A DNA stretch of 64,000 nucleotides from positions 32,001-96,000 of the forward strand of contig CBDFLQ010000005.1 in NCBI GenBank assembly GCA_965249275.1, given 5' to 3'. A program made the position numbers and the translations under genes. The first letter of the stretch is position 1. Each line of letters opens with the position of its first letter. Shown here one piece after another: positions 1 to 9,723 of this stretch. The notes below the pieces were generated by a model. That model saw only the letters and a list, made by a program, of their open reading frames with translations, ran no database searches and was not told the DNA's origin. The DNA is from Dehalococcoidia bacterium. Lineage in GTDB: Bacteria; Chloroflexota; Dehalococcoidia; Plut-88900.

Positions 1-956
1 AGTAACGATGCCTCCATGTTGGGCACCATGCCCTCGCCCTGCATCCAGGCGATGCGGTAGGCCATCATCCGGGAAGTCTCCAGGGACACCGCCACGTCGG
101 CGAGCTTGTGTCGGATCCGGGGGTCGGCGGCTAGAGGCTTGCCGTTGTGGCTCGTTTCGTTGGCGTAGCGAATGAGCAGGTCGAGGATGCGCTTGCCCCC
201 GGCGGGGTGGTTTATCCCGGTCCTTTCGAAGTCCAGCAGGGTCATGGCCACATACCAGCCCCGGTTCACCTCTCCGAGCACGTTCTGCTTCGGAATCCGG
301 ACGTTGTCGAAGAACTCCTCGTTGAAGGAGCTTTCACCGCTCATCTCCTGGATGGGCCGTACGGTGATGCCGGGAGTGTCCATGTCCAGAAGGAGGAAGG
401 TTATGCCCCGATGCTTCACGGCGCTGGTGTCCGTGCGGGCGAGAAGGAACATGTGGTCGGCGTACTGCGCGTAGCTCGACCAGATTTTCTGTCCGTTGAT
501 CACGTATTCATCGCCGTCTTCCACAGCGCGGGTCTGCAGCGACGCAAGGTCGGACCCCGAGCCCGGCTCGCTGAATCCCTGGCACCAAACCACCTCACCC
601 TTGGCTATGTCGCCCAGGTAGGCCCTCTTCTGCTCCTCCGTGCCGTGGACCATCAGGGTCGGGCCCAGGAGGTTGAGGCCGAAGGAGTCGAGGCCCGGGG
701 CGCCGCGGTATTCCCACTCCTCATTAAAAATGAGCTGGGTCATGGGAGATGCGCCCTGGCCGCCATACTCCTTGGGCCAGCCTATGGTGTTCCAGCCCTT
801 TTCGGCCAGCATCTTCCGCCACTTCATCTCCGTACCCTGATCGACGTTGGCAAAAGATATGGGGCCGCCAATCCAGTCGGAGGGCAGCTCCTTGTCGAGG
901 AAGTCCCTGACCTCCTGGCGAAAGGCTACTTGTTCTTCAGTCAGGTGCAAGTCCAT
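1..956 (-). CDS. Acyl-CoA dehydrogenase (3' end runs off window)
   Basis: Not in ORF track; manual minus-strand reading from ATG at 956 gives MDLHLTEEQVAFRQEVRDFLDKELP...WCQGFSEPGSGSDLASLQTRA...INGQKIWSS, typical ACAD motifs. Confidence 0.9.
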   Translation of the reverse strand, partial: MDLHLTEEQVAFRQEVRDFLDKELPSDWIGGPISFANVDQGTEMKWRKMLAEKGWNTIGWPKEYGGQGASPMTQLIFNEEWEYRGAPGLDSFGLNLLGPTLMVHGTEEQKRAYLGDIAKGEVVWCQGFSEPGSGSDLASLQTRAVEDGDEYVINGQKIWSSYAQYADHMFLLARTDTSAVKHRGITFLLLDMDTPGITVRPIQEMSGESSFNEEFFDNVRIPKQNVLGEVNRGWYVAMTLLDFERTGINHPAGGKRILDLLIRYANETSHNGKPLAADPRIRHKLADVAVSLETSRMMAYRIAWMQGEGMVPNMEASL

Positions 957-985
957 GTTTTCTCTCCTTGTGGGGCGTCGATGCC

Positions 986-2131
986 TTAGAGATTGTAAAG
1001 CCGGATGGCGTTTTCTCCCAGGACCTTGGCCTGGTCGGGCTCCGGGAGGGGGCTGAGTGTCTGTTTAATTGTATTGACGGGGTCCGAGTGGCCTTCTGAG
1101 TGCGGGTAGTCGGACGCCCATACGAACCGGTCGGCCTGGAGCCTTTCGATCATTGGCAGCGCCAGGTCCTCGTCGGGGTCCATGGAGATCCAGCACTGGT
1201 TTCGAAAATACTCGCTGGGCATGAGCTTCATGGGAGTGGTGAAATGGAACTGCTCGGATGTGTGGTCCATCCGCTCCAGCCACCAGGCTATCCATCCACA
1301 GCCGCTCTCCAGCACCGCCACCTTGAGGTCCGGGAACCGATCAAATACTCCCCCTTCGAAAAGGGTCGTAAAGGCGATCATCACGTTTCCGGGGGCCATG
1401 ACGTTGGTGAACCACCAGGGGGTTGGCGGGTAGTCCGGCGACTCGGGGATGGGGTAGAGATGGCTGCCGGGGAAACTGGGGTCGCCGACCACATGAAGAC
1501 CGATGGGAACCCCCTGGCCCTGGGCCTCGGCCCAGAACGGGTCGAAGTAGACATCTCCATAAGGGCGTCCGTTCACCGAGTTAGCGCTCAGCATCATACA
1601 TTTTGCCCCAAGACGCCCCGCCCGAGCCAGCTCGGTAACCGCTCCCTCCACCTCGATCATGGAGATCATGGCCACGGGTATCAATCGCTCGGGATAGGGC
1701 TCGCAGAAGTCGAAGAGCCAGTTGTTGTAGGCCCGACAGTAGGCCTCGGCGACATCCGCCTGCCGGCACTCGGCCTGCCAGCTAAGCCCAAGCGATGGAT
1801 ACAGGACAGCCACGTCTATGCCGTCCTCGTTCAGCACCTTGATCCGCTCGTGGGGGTCCACGGCGCCCTGCACGATGCCCTCTTCGTAGGTGACCATTCC
1901 CGGAGTGAGAAGGGGTACCAGGTCCTGGTCGATAGAGCAGATCCGACCCAAAGTGCCGCCCTGAAGGAGCAGCCCCACCGGCTTTTGCCCGTTAACCGAA
2001 AGGTATTCCAGGCCCTGGTCGTCCTTCGTCAACCGCATGGCCAGGTGACGGTACTCGGGATCGATGTACCGCTCCCAGAGGTCCGGGGGCTCGGTCACGT
2101 GGGCGTCGGCGTCTACTATCGTGGTATTCAC
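986..2131 (-). CDS. Amidohydrolase_2 family protein
   Basis: DADAH metal motif, LESGCGW, WASDYPH. Confidence 0.9.
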   Translation of the reverse strand: MNTTIVDADAHVTEPPDLWERYIDPEYRHLAMRLTKDDQGLEYLSVNGQKPVGLLLQGGTLGRICSIDQDLVPLLTPGMVTYEEGIVQGAVDPHERIKVLNEDGIDVAVLYPSLGLSWQAECRQADVAEAYCRAYNNWLFDFCEPYPERLIPVAMISMIEVEGAVTELARAGRLGAKCMMLSANSVNGRPYGDVYFDPFWAEAQGQGVPIGLHVVGDPSFPGSHLYPIPESPDYPPTPWWFTNVMAPGNVMIAFTTLFEGGVFDRFPDLKVAVLESGCGWIAWWLERMDHTSEQFHFTTPMKLMPSEYFRNQCWISMDPDEDLALPMIERLQADRFVWASDYPHSEGHSDPVNTIKQTLSPLPEPDQAKVLGENAIRLYNL

Positions 2132-2220
2132 ACCTTTGACCTGTATATCGACAACATATGGCTCTACGCACCGGCGAAGTGGCCGGTTCGTAAAGCCGTG
2201 GAAAGGTCCCTGCGGGTTCG

Positions 2221-2460
2221 CTAGGGCAAGGACACGGCGAGACAGGTCACTGTCTTGACGACACTGCCAACTGCGTGGACCTTGTTGGTAACCAGCTCGC
2301 CTATAGTGTTGACGTCCTCGGCTTCCAGGACGACTATCACGTCGTATGGCCCGACCACGGCATCCACTGACGTCACACCAGTGACATTCCTCAGGTTCTT
2401 GACGACGGTATTAGTCGTCCCTACTGCGGTCTCGATGAGAACGAAGGCCTTATTTGCCAT
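2221..2460 (-). CDS. Stand-alone Lrp/AsnC ligand-binding domain protein
   Basis: 79 aa, KAFVLI...VVGPYDVIV...KTVTCL pattern. Confidence 0.85.
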   Translation of the reverse strand: MANKAFVLIETAVGTTNTVVKNLRNVTGVTSVDAVVGPYDVIVVLEAEDVNTIGELVTNKVHAVGSVVKTVTCLAVSLP

Positions 2461-2616
2461 TTGCCCCTCCCCTTGGGCTCGGGGCCAGCGCCCCTGTAGG
2501 TGTCCGCATTCTATTCCGTACGGAAAAAAGGTGTCAAACCGCGTTTGACCGCGCGCTTCTCACACCGGAATTACATACAAGTATGACCGTTCACTCTCTG
2601 CAACCAACCCTTCCAT

Positions 2617-2640
2617 GCCTGCGTCCAGAAGCGCGGTTAC
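2617..2640 (-). pseudogene. Remnant of a VapC toxin N-terminus
   Basis: GTA ACC GCG CTT CTG GAC reads (V)TALLD overlapping the antitoxin stop, like the PIN start MxALLD; similarity ends after about 8 codons. Confidence 0.45.
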
Positions 2641-2864
2641 GGCCAGTCGACCAACGCTCTATAGACATCCTCACTGGTGACTGGTTCGGCATCAGCGACG
2701 ACGGCAAACACTGTCCCGTCCCCATTATCCTCACTGTTGGCTGCCCCCCTGAAGCCGCGCCGCGCCAATTCTGACAAAGCACTCCCGAGACTACACCCCG
2801 TCCGCTCGGCTAACGCCCGTGCTACAGCCAGCACGTCGTCGTCGATATTCAGTGTAGTCCGCAC
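2637..2864 (-). CDS. VapB-type RHH antitoxin (orphan)
   Basis: MRTTLNIDDDVL...SELARRG...VTSEDV, typical VapB pattern. Confidence 0.85.
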   Translation of the reverse strand: MRTTLNIDDDVLAVARALAERTGCSLGSALSELARRGFRGAANSEDNGDGTVFAVVADAEPVTSEDVYRALVDWP

Positions 2865-3030
2865 CTCTGAATCATAGCATCAACCTGTTAATCCTCCTCT
2901 TTTGCGATCTCTGTATTCGTAGGAATCCACTTCTCCACACACTTTCCGACGCTCCAGAGCCACACTCTCAGCAGTTCAGCAAGAGCAGCACCGGCTCATT
3001 TCTTCAATCTTCGCGAATGTGGCCACCCAG

Positions 3031-3066
3031 CCCGCTCACCCTGAGGCACTCGAAGGGTCGAGCGGT
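3031..3066. repeat. Intergenic palindromic repeat, family A (CCGCTCAxCCTGAG..TCGAAGGGTCGAGCGG)
   Basis: Same core recurs at about 3662, 4284, 24430-24864, 27397, 30422 and 35764. Confidence 0.8.
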
Positions 3067-3263
3067 GTCTCGCATTCCTGGCCGCTACAGCAGACCTCCC
3101 CCACCCCCCGCCCTCGACCATCTATTCTCAATCCCGAATCGCCCCCACACCCCACTCCCCCCGAGACTCTCAAAGGGTCGCACAGCGCAAAGTGAGCGTA
3201 TTGTTAACGGTACGGTGCTGATATAGGATGCAGTCCAGCAGAAACTAAGTGGAGGAACACAAC

Positions 3264-3659
3264 ATGGGTATATCACTGGCAGAAGCCAACAAGATGTGCG
3301 AAGTAGCTATGGCCAAGGCGGATGAGTTGGGCATAAAGATTAGCGCCGCCGTCTGCGATTCTGGAGGACGACTGATAGCCTTCAACCGCATGGACGGGGC
3401 TTTCTGGGCCAGCGTTTACGGGTCCCAGGGCAAGGCAACAGCCTCTACGGCATTTGGCCGGGCCAGCGTGCAGCTGATGGAGAGGGCCGATCACCCGACC
3501 ATCCGAGGCATCATCGCCGCCGACGACGGTCGCATGATCCCCGGCCAGGGCGCGATCCCCGTCATCAGGAACAGCGTCGTTGAGGGTGCCTGCGGAGTCG
3601 GGGGCGGCACGGGTGAGGAAGACGAGGTCTGCGCCCAGGCTGCTGTAGACGCACTCTAA
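3264..3659 (+). CDS. GlcG/HbpS family heme-binding protein
   Basis: AVCDSGG...RMDGA...KA...GACGVGG motifs; GGAGG RBS before ATG 3264. Confidence 0.9.
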   Translation: MGISLAEANKMCEVAMAKADELGIKISAAVCDSGGRLIAFNRMDGAFWASVYGSQGKATASTAFGRASVQLMERADHPTIRGIIAADDGRMIPGQGAIPVIRNSVVEGACGVGGGTGEEDEVCAQAAVDAL

Positions 3660-3661
3660 AC

Positions 3662-3741
3662 CCCCGCTCACCCTAAGCTAGCTGCAAGTGGAACACCCGC
3701 CTCTGGAGGGTCCGCCTGTAGAGGATCGAAGGGTCGAGCGG
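3662..3741. repeat. Family A repeat with expanded interior, between convergent genes
   Basis: CCCCGCTCACCCTAAG ... TCGAAGGGTCGAGCGG ends. Confidence 0.6.
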
Positions 3742-3747
3742 TGAAAT

Positions 3748-4158
3748 CTACCCGGCCCGGTCTAAAGCAACGACCGGGATTTTCCGGGTGGTATTCTTCT
3801 CGTAGTCGGCGAACTGGGGAAGCAGGGCGGCCTGCTTTGAATAGATCGCCTCACGTTCCGGGTCGGGGAGGGCCGTAGCTTTAGCATGGAAGGTCTCGGC
3901 GCCGATTTCGACGGTCACGGTAGGGTTCGCTACCAGGTTGTGGTACCAGCCGGGACTGGCAGGGGCACCGGATTTTGACGCGAACACATGGATTCGGCCA
4001 CTGTCGTCGAGATAGAGCATCGGGGTTACGTACGTCTTGGCGCTCTTTGCCCCGATGGTAGTAAGCAACAGGAGCGGCATGCCTTCAAAGTAACCGCCGA
4101 CCTTGCCACCGTTCCCACGGAACTCTTTAATCACTGACTCATTTGAGAAATCTGCCAT
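3748..4158 (-). CDS. Deazaflavin (F420)-dependent nitroreductase family protein (Ddn-like)
   Basis: EFRGNGGKVGG, LLLTTIGAKS, ASKSGAP..PGWYHNL, RKIPVV. Confidence 0.9.
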   Translation of the reverse strand: MADFSNESVIKEFRGNGGKVGGYFEGMPLLLLTTIGAKSAKTYVTPMLYLDDSGRIHVFASKSGAPASPGWYHNLVANPTVTVEIGAETFHAKATALPDPEREAIYSKQAALLPQFADYEKNTTRKIPVVALDRAG

Positions 4159-4283
4159 CGTAAGTGAACGCCTTTATTCACGATTCCGGCTCGGGAGCCG
4201 GGATCGGATAATCCATCCATTTATCAGTGAAAGTTTAGCGTATTTTGAGACAGACACTGCCGAGACCGGCCAACGGACATCGC

Positions 4284-4399
4284 CCCGCTCATCCTGAGCT
4301 TAGTCGAAGGGTCGAGCGGAGGCCCGCAAACCTGGCCGCTTCAACAGGCCTTCCCCACACCCCGCTCATACTTCGACGGGCTCAGCACGAGCGGCCCCT
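4284..4399. repeat. Composite (REPIN/BIME-like) family A doublet
   Basis: Reverse complement of the core of one unit of the 24430-24864 array. Confidence 0.8.
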
Positions 4400-4505
4400 C
4401 CAGTCCCTATTGCTATTCGCCTTGGTAAGCCACCCACGCCGCACGCCCTTACTTAGTCAATGGGTCGAGCGGAGGGACAGAGAGCACGTGAACGGCCCCC
4501 GACGT

Positions 4506-5423
4506 CTAGTCCAGCAATGCGGCTTGCGCGGCCAGAACTTCTGCTTGAGACAACCTCGCCTCTGCGTGTTTAACATATGCCGGGTTGACTTCGTAGCCGA
4601 CATACCGGCGTTTGGTATGCACTGCAGCCTCGGCAGTCGTGCCCGACCCCATGAACGGGTCCAGCACGATGTCTCCGACAAAGGAGTACAGCTCGATCAG
4701 TCTCAGTGGAAGCTCGACGGGGAAGGGGGCGGGGTGGTTGGCCTTTCTCGCGCTGGCTGCGGGAAAACGCCAGATGCTCTTCGTGTATTCCAGGAACTCA
4801 TCCCGGCCTACGCTATTCTCCCCCGTCACCCGACGCTTGTACGCATCCTTGCAGAAGACCAGGATGTATTCGTGGACGTCCCGCAAGACCGGGTTGCTCG
4901 CCGACCTCCAGCTCCCCCACGCGCATGACGAGCCTGCGCTGGCGCCCTTGTCCCAGATGATCTCGCCGCGCATCTGGAACCCGCACTCACGGGCGATGTC
5001 CATCAGGTAGGCGTGGAACGGTATGTAGGGAGTCCGCCCGACGTTGGCGATGTTGACACACGCGCGTCCGCCCCTCACGAGAGTACGGTAAGTCTCCTTC
5101 AAGACGTGGGCCAGCATGTCCAGATATTCAGTCAGTGAAAGGTCGGCGTCATATTCCTTGGTTGCGTTGTAGGGTGGAGACGTGATCATCAAGTGAACGG
5201 AGTTGTCGGGAAGGTGGTACATGTCCCGAGCGTCGGCGCAGTGGATGACGTCCAGCCGGTCAGGGATGTTCTCTTGGTAGTTGGTCTGACTTTTGTCCGA
5301 GTCTCGCAAACCTTTGTAGAGGGGTTGGTCGTAGAAAGCCCGGGAGTCGTGGCCCTCCCGGCTCACCGTGCCGAAGGAGGAGGTTTTGCTGCGCTTTACA
5401 GTACGTCCCATAGGCCTATCCAA
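4506..5423 (-). CDS. Site-specific DNA methyltransferase (N4-C/N6-A, beta class)
   Basis: TSPPY motif IV precedes HPAPFP and DPFMGSGTT motif I. Confidence 0.93.
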   Translation of the reverse strand: MDRPMGRTVKRSKTSSFGTVSREGHDSRAFYDQPLYKGLRDSDKSQTNYQENIPDRLDVIHCADARDMYHLPDNSVHLMITSPPYNATKEYDADLSLTEYLDMLAHVLKETYRTLVRGGRACVNIANVGRTPYIPFHAYLMDIARECGFQMRGEIIWDKGASAGSSCAWGSWRSASNPVLRDVHEYILVFCKDAYKRRVTGENSVGRDEFLEYTKSIWRFPAASARKANHPAPFPVELPLRLIELYSFVGDIVLDPFMGSGTTAEAAVHTKRRYVGYEVNPAYVKHAEARLSQAEVLAAQAALLD

Positions 5424-6049
5424 CGATCATACAAGGCTCGTTCCACCAAAAGTGACTTGTCTCGCTTCCAATCTATCGTTAACGATTGAGTGTCCTGATG
5501 GGCTTGTAGGAGATGCATCGCTGTCTTTGAGAATTCCACTCCCCGAGGATTTGTTCCCCTGGGTGGAGCTTTTGTGTAGTTGATAATCGTCAATCGTTCT
5601 AATGTCGCTCGTTGCACATGTTCAGGAATCAGAAAGAATCTTCCCGTCTTGCCCCAGATTATGTTGATGTAGAGTAGATCGCTGGCTGGCAAGTAAGTCC
5701 GAAGAAAGGCTTCGATCTTGTTCCAGTCCACCGTCCAAACCAGCTTTACTCCGGTGAGGCCCTTAGATGACTTCGTCTTTATTGATAGGGGTTGTTTGTT
5801 GACCAGGACGTCTAATTCCGGTGAATTGCTTGGCGGAAATTCCACGCTCTTAGAGCCATACACATACATGAACAGTGCTATGAGCACCCGTTCCCGCGCA
5901 GTCCCGACCTCCATCCCCAGCTTATTGCCCCGCCTGTTCTCCAACTCTACCATGTTAAACAGAGTCGGCAAAACCTTCTGAATCTTCTCTTTGTAGGGAG
6001 AGCAAAACAGTTCATGCCCAAATGGGAGAGTGGGGTTTTGCGTTTCTAT
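5396..6049 (-). CDS. ThaI-family type II restriction endonuclease
   Basis: GMEVGTARERVLIAL, ELDV...SIKT, GTNPRGVE; frame is open upstream of TTG 5971 to an ATA at 6049 preceded by GGGGGA; overlaps the MTase. Confidence 0.75.
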   Translation of the reverse strand: METQNPTLPFGHELFCSPYKEKIQKVLPTLFNMVELENRRGNKLGMEVGTARERVLIALFMYVYGSKSVEFPPSNSPELDVLVNKQPLSIKTKSSKGLTGVKLVWTVDWNKIEAFLRTYLPASDLLYINIIWGKTGRFFLIPEHVQRATLERLTIINYTKAPPRGTNPRGVEFSKTAMHLLQAHQDTQSLTIDWKRDKSLLVERALYDRWIGLWDVL

Positions 6050-6127
6050 TGTCTATCCCCCATATGTGAGCAAGCAGCCTTCGGATCACCCTCACTCTAG
6101 CTCTCCCACATCAAGGGGAGCACCCCC

Positions 6128-8875
6128 CTAGGGCCGGAGCACGGAGCTCATCGCCCGAGGCCCCTTCCTCACCCTTCTTGGCGAGGACTTGGGCTCGACG
6201 CGGACGGCGCAGACCTTGTACTCAGGTATCTTCGCCGAGGGATCGAAGGCCCGGTTGGTCAGGAAGTTCGCCGCCGAGTCCCGGAGCTTCACGAAGGGCA
6301 CGAATATCTCGCCTTCCCGCACAGCCTCCGTCAACGCGGCCCGACCCTCCAACTCACCCCTCCTCGACTCCACCCGCACCTCTTCCCCATCTCCGATCCC
6401 CACTCTTTTGGCGTCCCTGGGATGGATGGATATCTCAAGGTCCGGGGCCCGGGCCATCAGCCCCTCCACCCGCCGGGTCATGGTGCCGCCGTGCCAGTGG
6501 TACAGCATCCTGCCGGTGTTGAGGATCAACGGGAACCTGCGATTGGGCATCTCAGCGGCGGGCGCCGTCTGCTCCACGGGCACGAACTTGCCGAGACCCC
6601 TCGGGAAGCTCTCCTCGTAGAGGATTGGGGTGCCGGGGTGGTCGGGGGTGGGGCAGGGCCACTGGATGCCGCCCTCGGCGTCCAGCCTCTCGTACGTTAT
6701 GCCCGAAATTATCGGCGTGAGGGCGGCCATCTCTTCAAATATTTCTTTCGGGTGGCCGAAGTCGAACTGCCCCTCGTCGAGACCCAGGCGCCGGTACACC
6801 CGACGGGCGAGATCACATGTGATATCCCAGTCGGGCCTGCTCTGCCCGACCGGCTCGATGGCCTTGCGCACCCGCTGGACCCGACGCTCGCTGTTGGTGA
6901 AGGTGCCGTCCTTCTCGGCGAAGCTGGTTGCGGGTAGCACCACGTCGGCTATCTCTGCCGTCTCATGCAGGAAGATGTCCTGAACGACGAGGAATTTAAG
7001 GTTCTCCATGGCCTCGCGGGCGTGGCGCAGGTCGGGCTCGCTGAGAAGGGGGTTCTCCCCAACAACGTACATCGCCTTCAGGCGACCCTCCTCGGCCTCT
7101 TTCATCATGTCCGTGACCACCATCCCCTCCTCTTCGGGAATGCGTCCACCCCAGGCCCGAGCGAATTTCTCCAGCGACTCGCCGTCGAAGTTCTGATAAC
7201 CGGGTAGGTTGCTGGGTATACAGCCAGCGTCGCCGCAGCCCTGGACGTTGTTCTGGCCCCGCAGCGGCGAGATGCCGTTCCCGGGCTTGCCCATCTGCCC
7301 CGACACCAGCGCCAGGTTCAGCACGGCGTGACAGTTTGCGGTGCCGTTGGTGTGCTGGGTGAGCCCCATGCCCCAGACAAAACACGAGCCGCTGAAGGGA
7401 GGACTGGCGTAGATACGCGCCGCTTCTATCATCTGCTCTTTCGGCACGCCTGTTATCGACTCGACGAAGTCGGGGGTGTACTTGTCAAGCGACGCCTTCC
7501 ACTCCTCGAAGCCCTCCGTCCGTTCGGCTACAAAATGCTCGTCCGATAACCCCTCGTCGAGGATCACCTTTGCCATGCCGTTGAAGAGCGCAACGTCGGT
7601 GCCGGGGCGCTCCCGGAGCCACAGGTAGGCGTAGTCACAGAGGTCGATGCGCTTGGGGTTGATGACGATGAGCTTGGCGCCGTACAGGTCGACGGCCTTG
7701 CGGAAGCGTGTCGCGGCCACGGGGTGGTTGGAGCTCGGGTCACAACCGGCGATGATCAGGCAGCCCGCCTTCTCATAATCAAGATATGAGTTGCTGGTCG
7801 CCCCGCTCCCGAGAGACCTCAGCATTGCCTCCACCGACGGCGAGTGGCACAGCCGAGTGCAGTGGTCGATGCTGTTGGTGCCCATCGCCATGCGCATGAA
7901 CTTCTGGAGAATGTAGCCGTCCTCGTTGGTCGCCTTGGCTGAGGCGAGTGCCGCGGTTGCCCCCCGGTGCTCGACCAGCTTGTCGGCGGTCAGGTCCAGG
8001 GCCTCGTCCCATGACGCGGGCGCGAGCTTGCCGTTCTTACGTATGAGGGGCGTGGTCAGCCGGTCGCCGTGATTGACGAAGGTCACCCCGAACCGGCCCT
8101 TGACGCACAGCTTGCCGAGGCTCGACTGGTTGTTGGGGTCATCGTCCACCCACAGGACCTTGTCATTCTGGTCGGTGTTCAGAACAATCCCGCACCCGAC
8201 CCCACAGTAGGGGCACACCGTGGAGGTCTGCTTGACAGCGTTGGCGGGACTCAGCTTCGGCTCTATCGCCCCGGTCGGGCAGGCCGCGACGCACGAGCCG
8301 CAGGACGTGCATATCGACTCGGCGATGGGCTCATCACCGTACGTTCCTATGAACGCATCCTGCCCCCTGCCCAGGATGGCGATAGCCCCGATCTCCTGCA
8401 GGCTCTGGCACGCCTCGACGCAGCGGCCGCACATGATGCAATCGTCCATCTCCACCGAGAAGAAGGGGTTGCTGACGTCGGTGTGGTCACGGGCACGGGT
8501 CTCGTAGCCGGTTGAAAGCAAGTCGTGATACTGGGAGGCAGTTTTGAGCTCCTTGTGCTCGGCGAGGGGTTGGCCGGGGGTCTCGGTGGGGAGCATTCCG
8601 AGGGTCAGGTCGAGGATGCCCTGGCGGATGCGCCGGACCTCGGGGCTGTTGGTGTGCACGACCATGCCCTCGGAGACGGGGGTGTGGCACGAGGCCGGGA
8701 ACCCGCGTCGGCCCTCGACCTGCACAAGGCACGTCCGGCACGCCCCAATGGCCGGCATGCCCGGGTCCTTGCACAGCTGGGGCACATACACCCCGGCGGC
8801 GTTTATCACCTCCAGGATGGAGTTTCCCTCCCGTGCCTCGACGGGTATCCCGTCTATTGTGAGGTTTATGGTCAT
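6128..8875 (-). CDS. fdhF: Formate dehydrogenase alpha subunit (Mo/W-bisPGD, Cys-type) with N-terminal FeS domains
   Basis: CPYCGVGC, LCVKGRFG, DHCTRLCHSPS, PLRGQNNVQG, EKDGTFTNSERRVQ, IPEYKVCAV; likely ATG 8875 (ORF open from 8905). Confidence 0.92.
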   Translation of the reverse strand: MTINLTIDGIPVEAREGNSILEVINAAGVYVPQLCKDPGMPAIGACRTCLVQVEGRRGFPASCHTPVSEGMVVHTNSPEVRRIRQGILDLTLGMLPTETPGQPLAEHKELKTASQYHDLLSTGYETRARDHTDVSNPFFSVEMDDCIMCGRCVEACQSLQEIGAIAILGRGQDAFIGTYGDEPIAESICTSCGSCVAACPTGAIEPKLSPANAVKQTSTVCPYCGVGCGIVLNTDQNDKVLWVDDDPNNQSSLGKLCVKGRFGVTFVNHGDRLTTPLIRKNGKLAPASWDEALDLTADKLVEHRGATAALASAKATNEDGYILQKFMRMAMGTNSIDHCTRLCHSPSVEAMLRSLGSGATSNSYLDYEKAGCLIIAGCDPSSNHPVAATRFRKAVDLYGAKLIVINPKRIDLCDYAYLWLRERPGTDVALFNGMAKVILDEGLSDEHFVAERTEGFEEWKASLDKYTPDFVESITGVPKEQMIEAARIYASPPFSGSCFVWGMGLTQHTNGTANCHAVLNLALVSGQMGKPGNGISPLRGQNNVQGCGDAGCIPSNLPGYQNFDGESLEKFARAWGGRIPEEEGMVVTDMMKEAEEGRLKAMYVVGENPLLSEPDLRHAREAMENLKFLVVQDIFLHETAEIADVVLPATSFAEKDGTFTNSERRVQRVRKAIEPVGQSRPDWDITCDLARRVYRRLGLDEGQFDFGHPKEIFEEMAALTPIISGITYERLDAEGGIQWPCPTPDHPGTPILYEESFPRGLGKFVPVEQTAPAAEMPNRRFPLILNTGRMLYHWHGGTMTRRVEGLMARAPDLEISIHPRDAKRVGIGDGEEVRVESRRGELEGRAALTEAVREGEIFVPFVKLRDSAANFLTNRAFDPSAKIPEYKVCAVRVEPKSSPRRVRKGPRAMSSVLRP

Positions 8876-8908
8876 GGTCTTACCTAGAAGTCTCCGGATT
8901 GACACATA

Positions 8909-9652
8909 TCAGACTGTACGAGCAGATTCCGCTGCTACATGTCCTGCCAGCTTCGACACGAAGGCCCGCAACCCTGTCGAAGGACTGAGTTCCTGATACG
9001 CCCCTGTCTTTGAAGCGCTACGGGGTGACAGTATAAGGGTTGCCGCCGAATATATTTGTTCCAAAACCAATTTCTGACAAAGCAAATGGTAACGTTCGAC
9101 ATAAGAAGCGCTTTGAAATTCGGGGAATACGGGATAATGAGGCGACGCTTCTTTAACAGGTGCTCGGGACCCGGGGGCATCTTCTAAGAGCATCAAGAAT
9201 CCAACAAATGGGAGTGACGCTCCTTCACCGAACGCCCCTTCTCGAAAAGCCTTCCATAAGTCTACGGCATTACCTATAGCTTCCTCCACTCGATTATTTG
9301 CATTGTTACCGAAAGAAGGACCTACCTGAGATTTGAACTCTATTACTGCAACCAAGTGCCCTTCATTGAGGACCAGTAGATCCCACTGCTTGGTAGGGCG
9401 AAAATATCCAGGCAAAGTCAACAGCCGCCGACCACGCATAATTGTGGCGTCTTTAAGGCCATTAGCTTCTACTAAGCGAGTAACCAGAGATGCAAAACCG
9501 TCCATATTCTTTCCGGCAGTAACGCTGGAACGTTCACCCTGATCCGATATCCCGCCTCGTTGTTGTTTTTGCCTTGCGATATCTCGGCTTTTCCAGAACG
9601 CCCTTACAGCTTGCCGAGCTTGCTGTTCGTAACCCTTAAGCCTTAGAGCCAT
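8909..9652 (-). CDS. PaeR7I/XhoI-family type II restriction endonuclease
   Basis: [42 protein letters not shown]. Confidence 0.88.
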   Translation of the reverse strand: MALRLKGYEQQARQAVRAFWKSRDIARQKQQRGGISDQGERSSVTAGKNMDGFASLVTRLVEANGLKDATIMRGRRLLTLPGYFRPTKQWDLLVLNEGHLVAVIEFKSQVGPSFGNNANNRVEEAIGNAVDLWKAFREGAFGEGASLPFVGFLMLLEDAPGSRAPVKEASPHYPVFPEFQSASYVERYHLLCQKLVLEQIYSAATLILSPRSASKTGAYQELSPSTGLRAFVSKLAGHVAAESARTV

Positions 9653-9723
9653 CTCGCCTAATCACCCTAATCGTCGTCTTTAAGCAAAGTGATGACCAAA
9701 ACAGAGTTGCCGCTCAAAATCAT

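Noticed and set aside
147-989. 280-aa plus-strand ORF and similar long ORFs (1100-2224, 31307-32533, 36150-37232, 58439-59371)
   Set aside because: Antisense shadows of well-supported genes on the opposite strand, expected in high-GC DNA
6128-8875. Selenocysteine in FdhF
   Set aside because: The active site reads RLCHS with Cys and the frame has no internal TGA
8909-9652. Assigning CTCGAG or CGCG specificity from REase family names, or claiming site avoidance
   Set aside because: Family membership does not fix specificity, and both sites occur repeatedly in the window; counts were not computed
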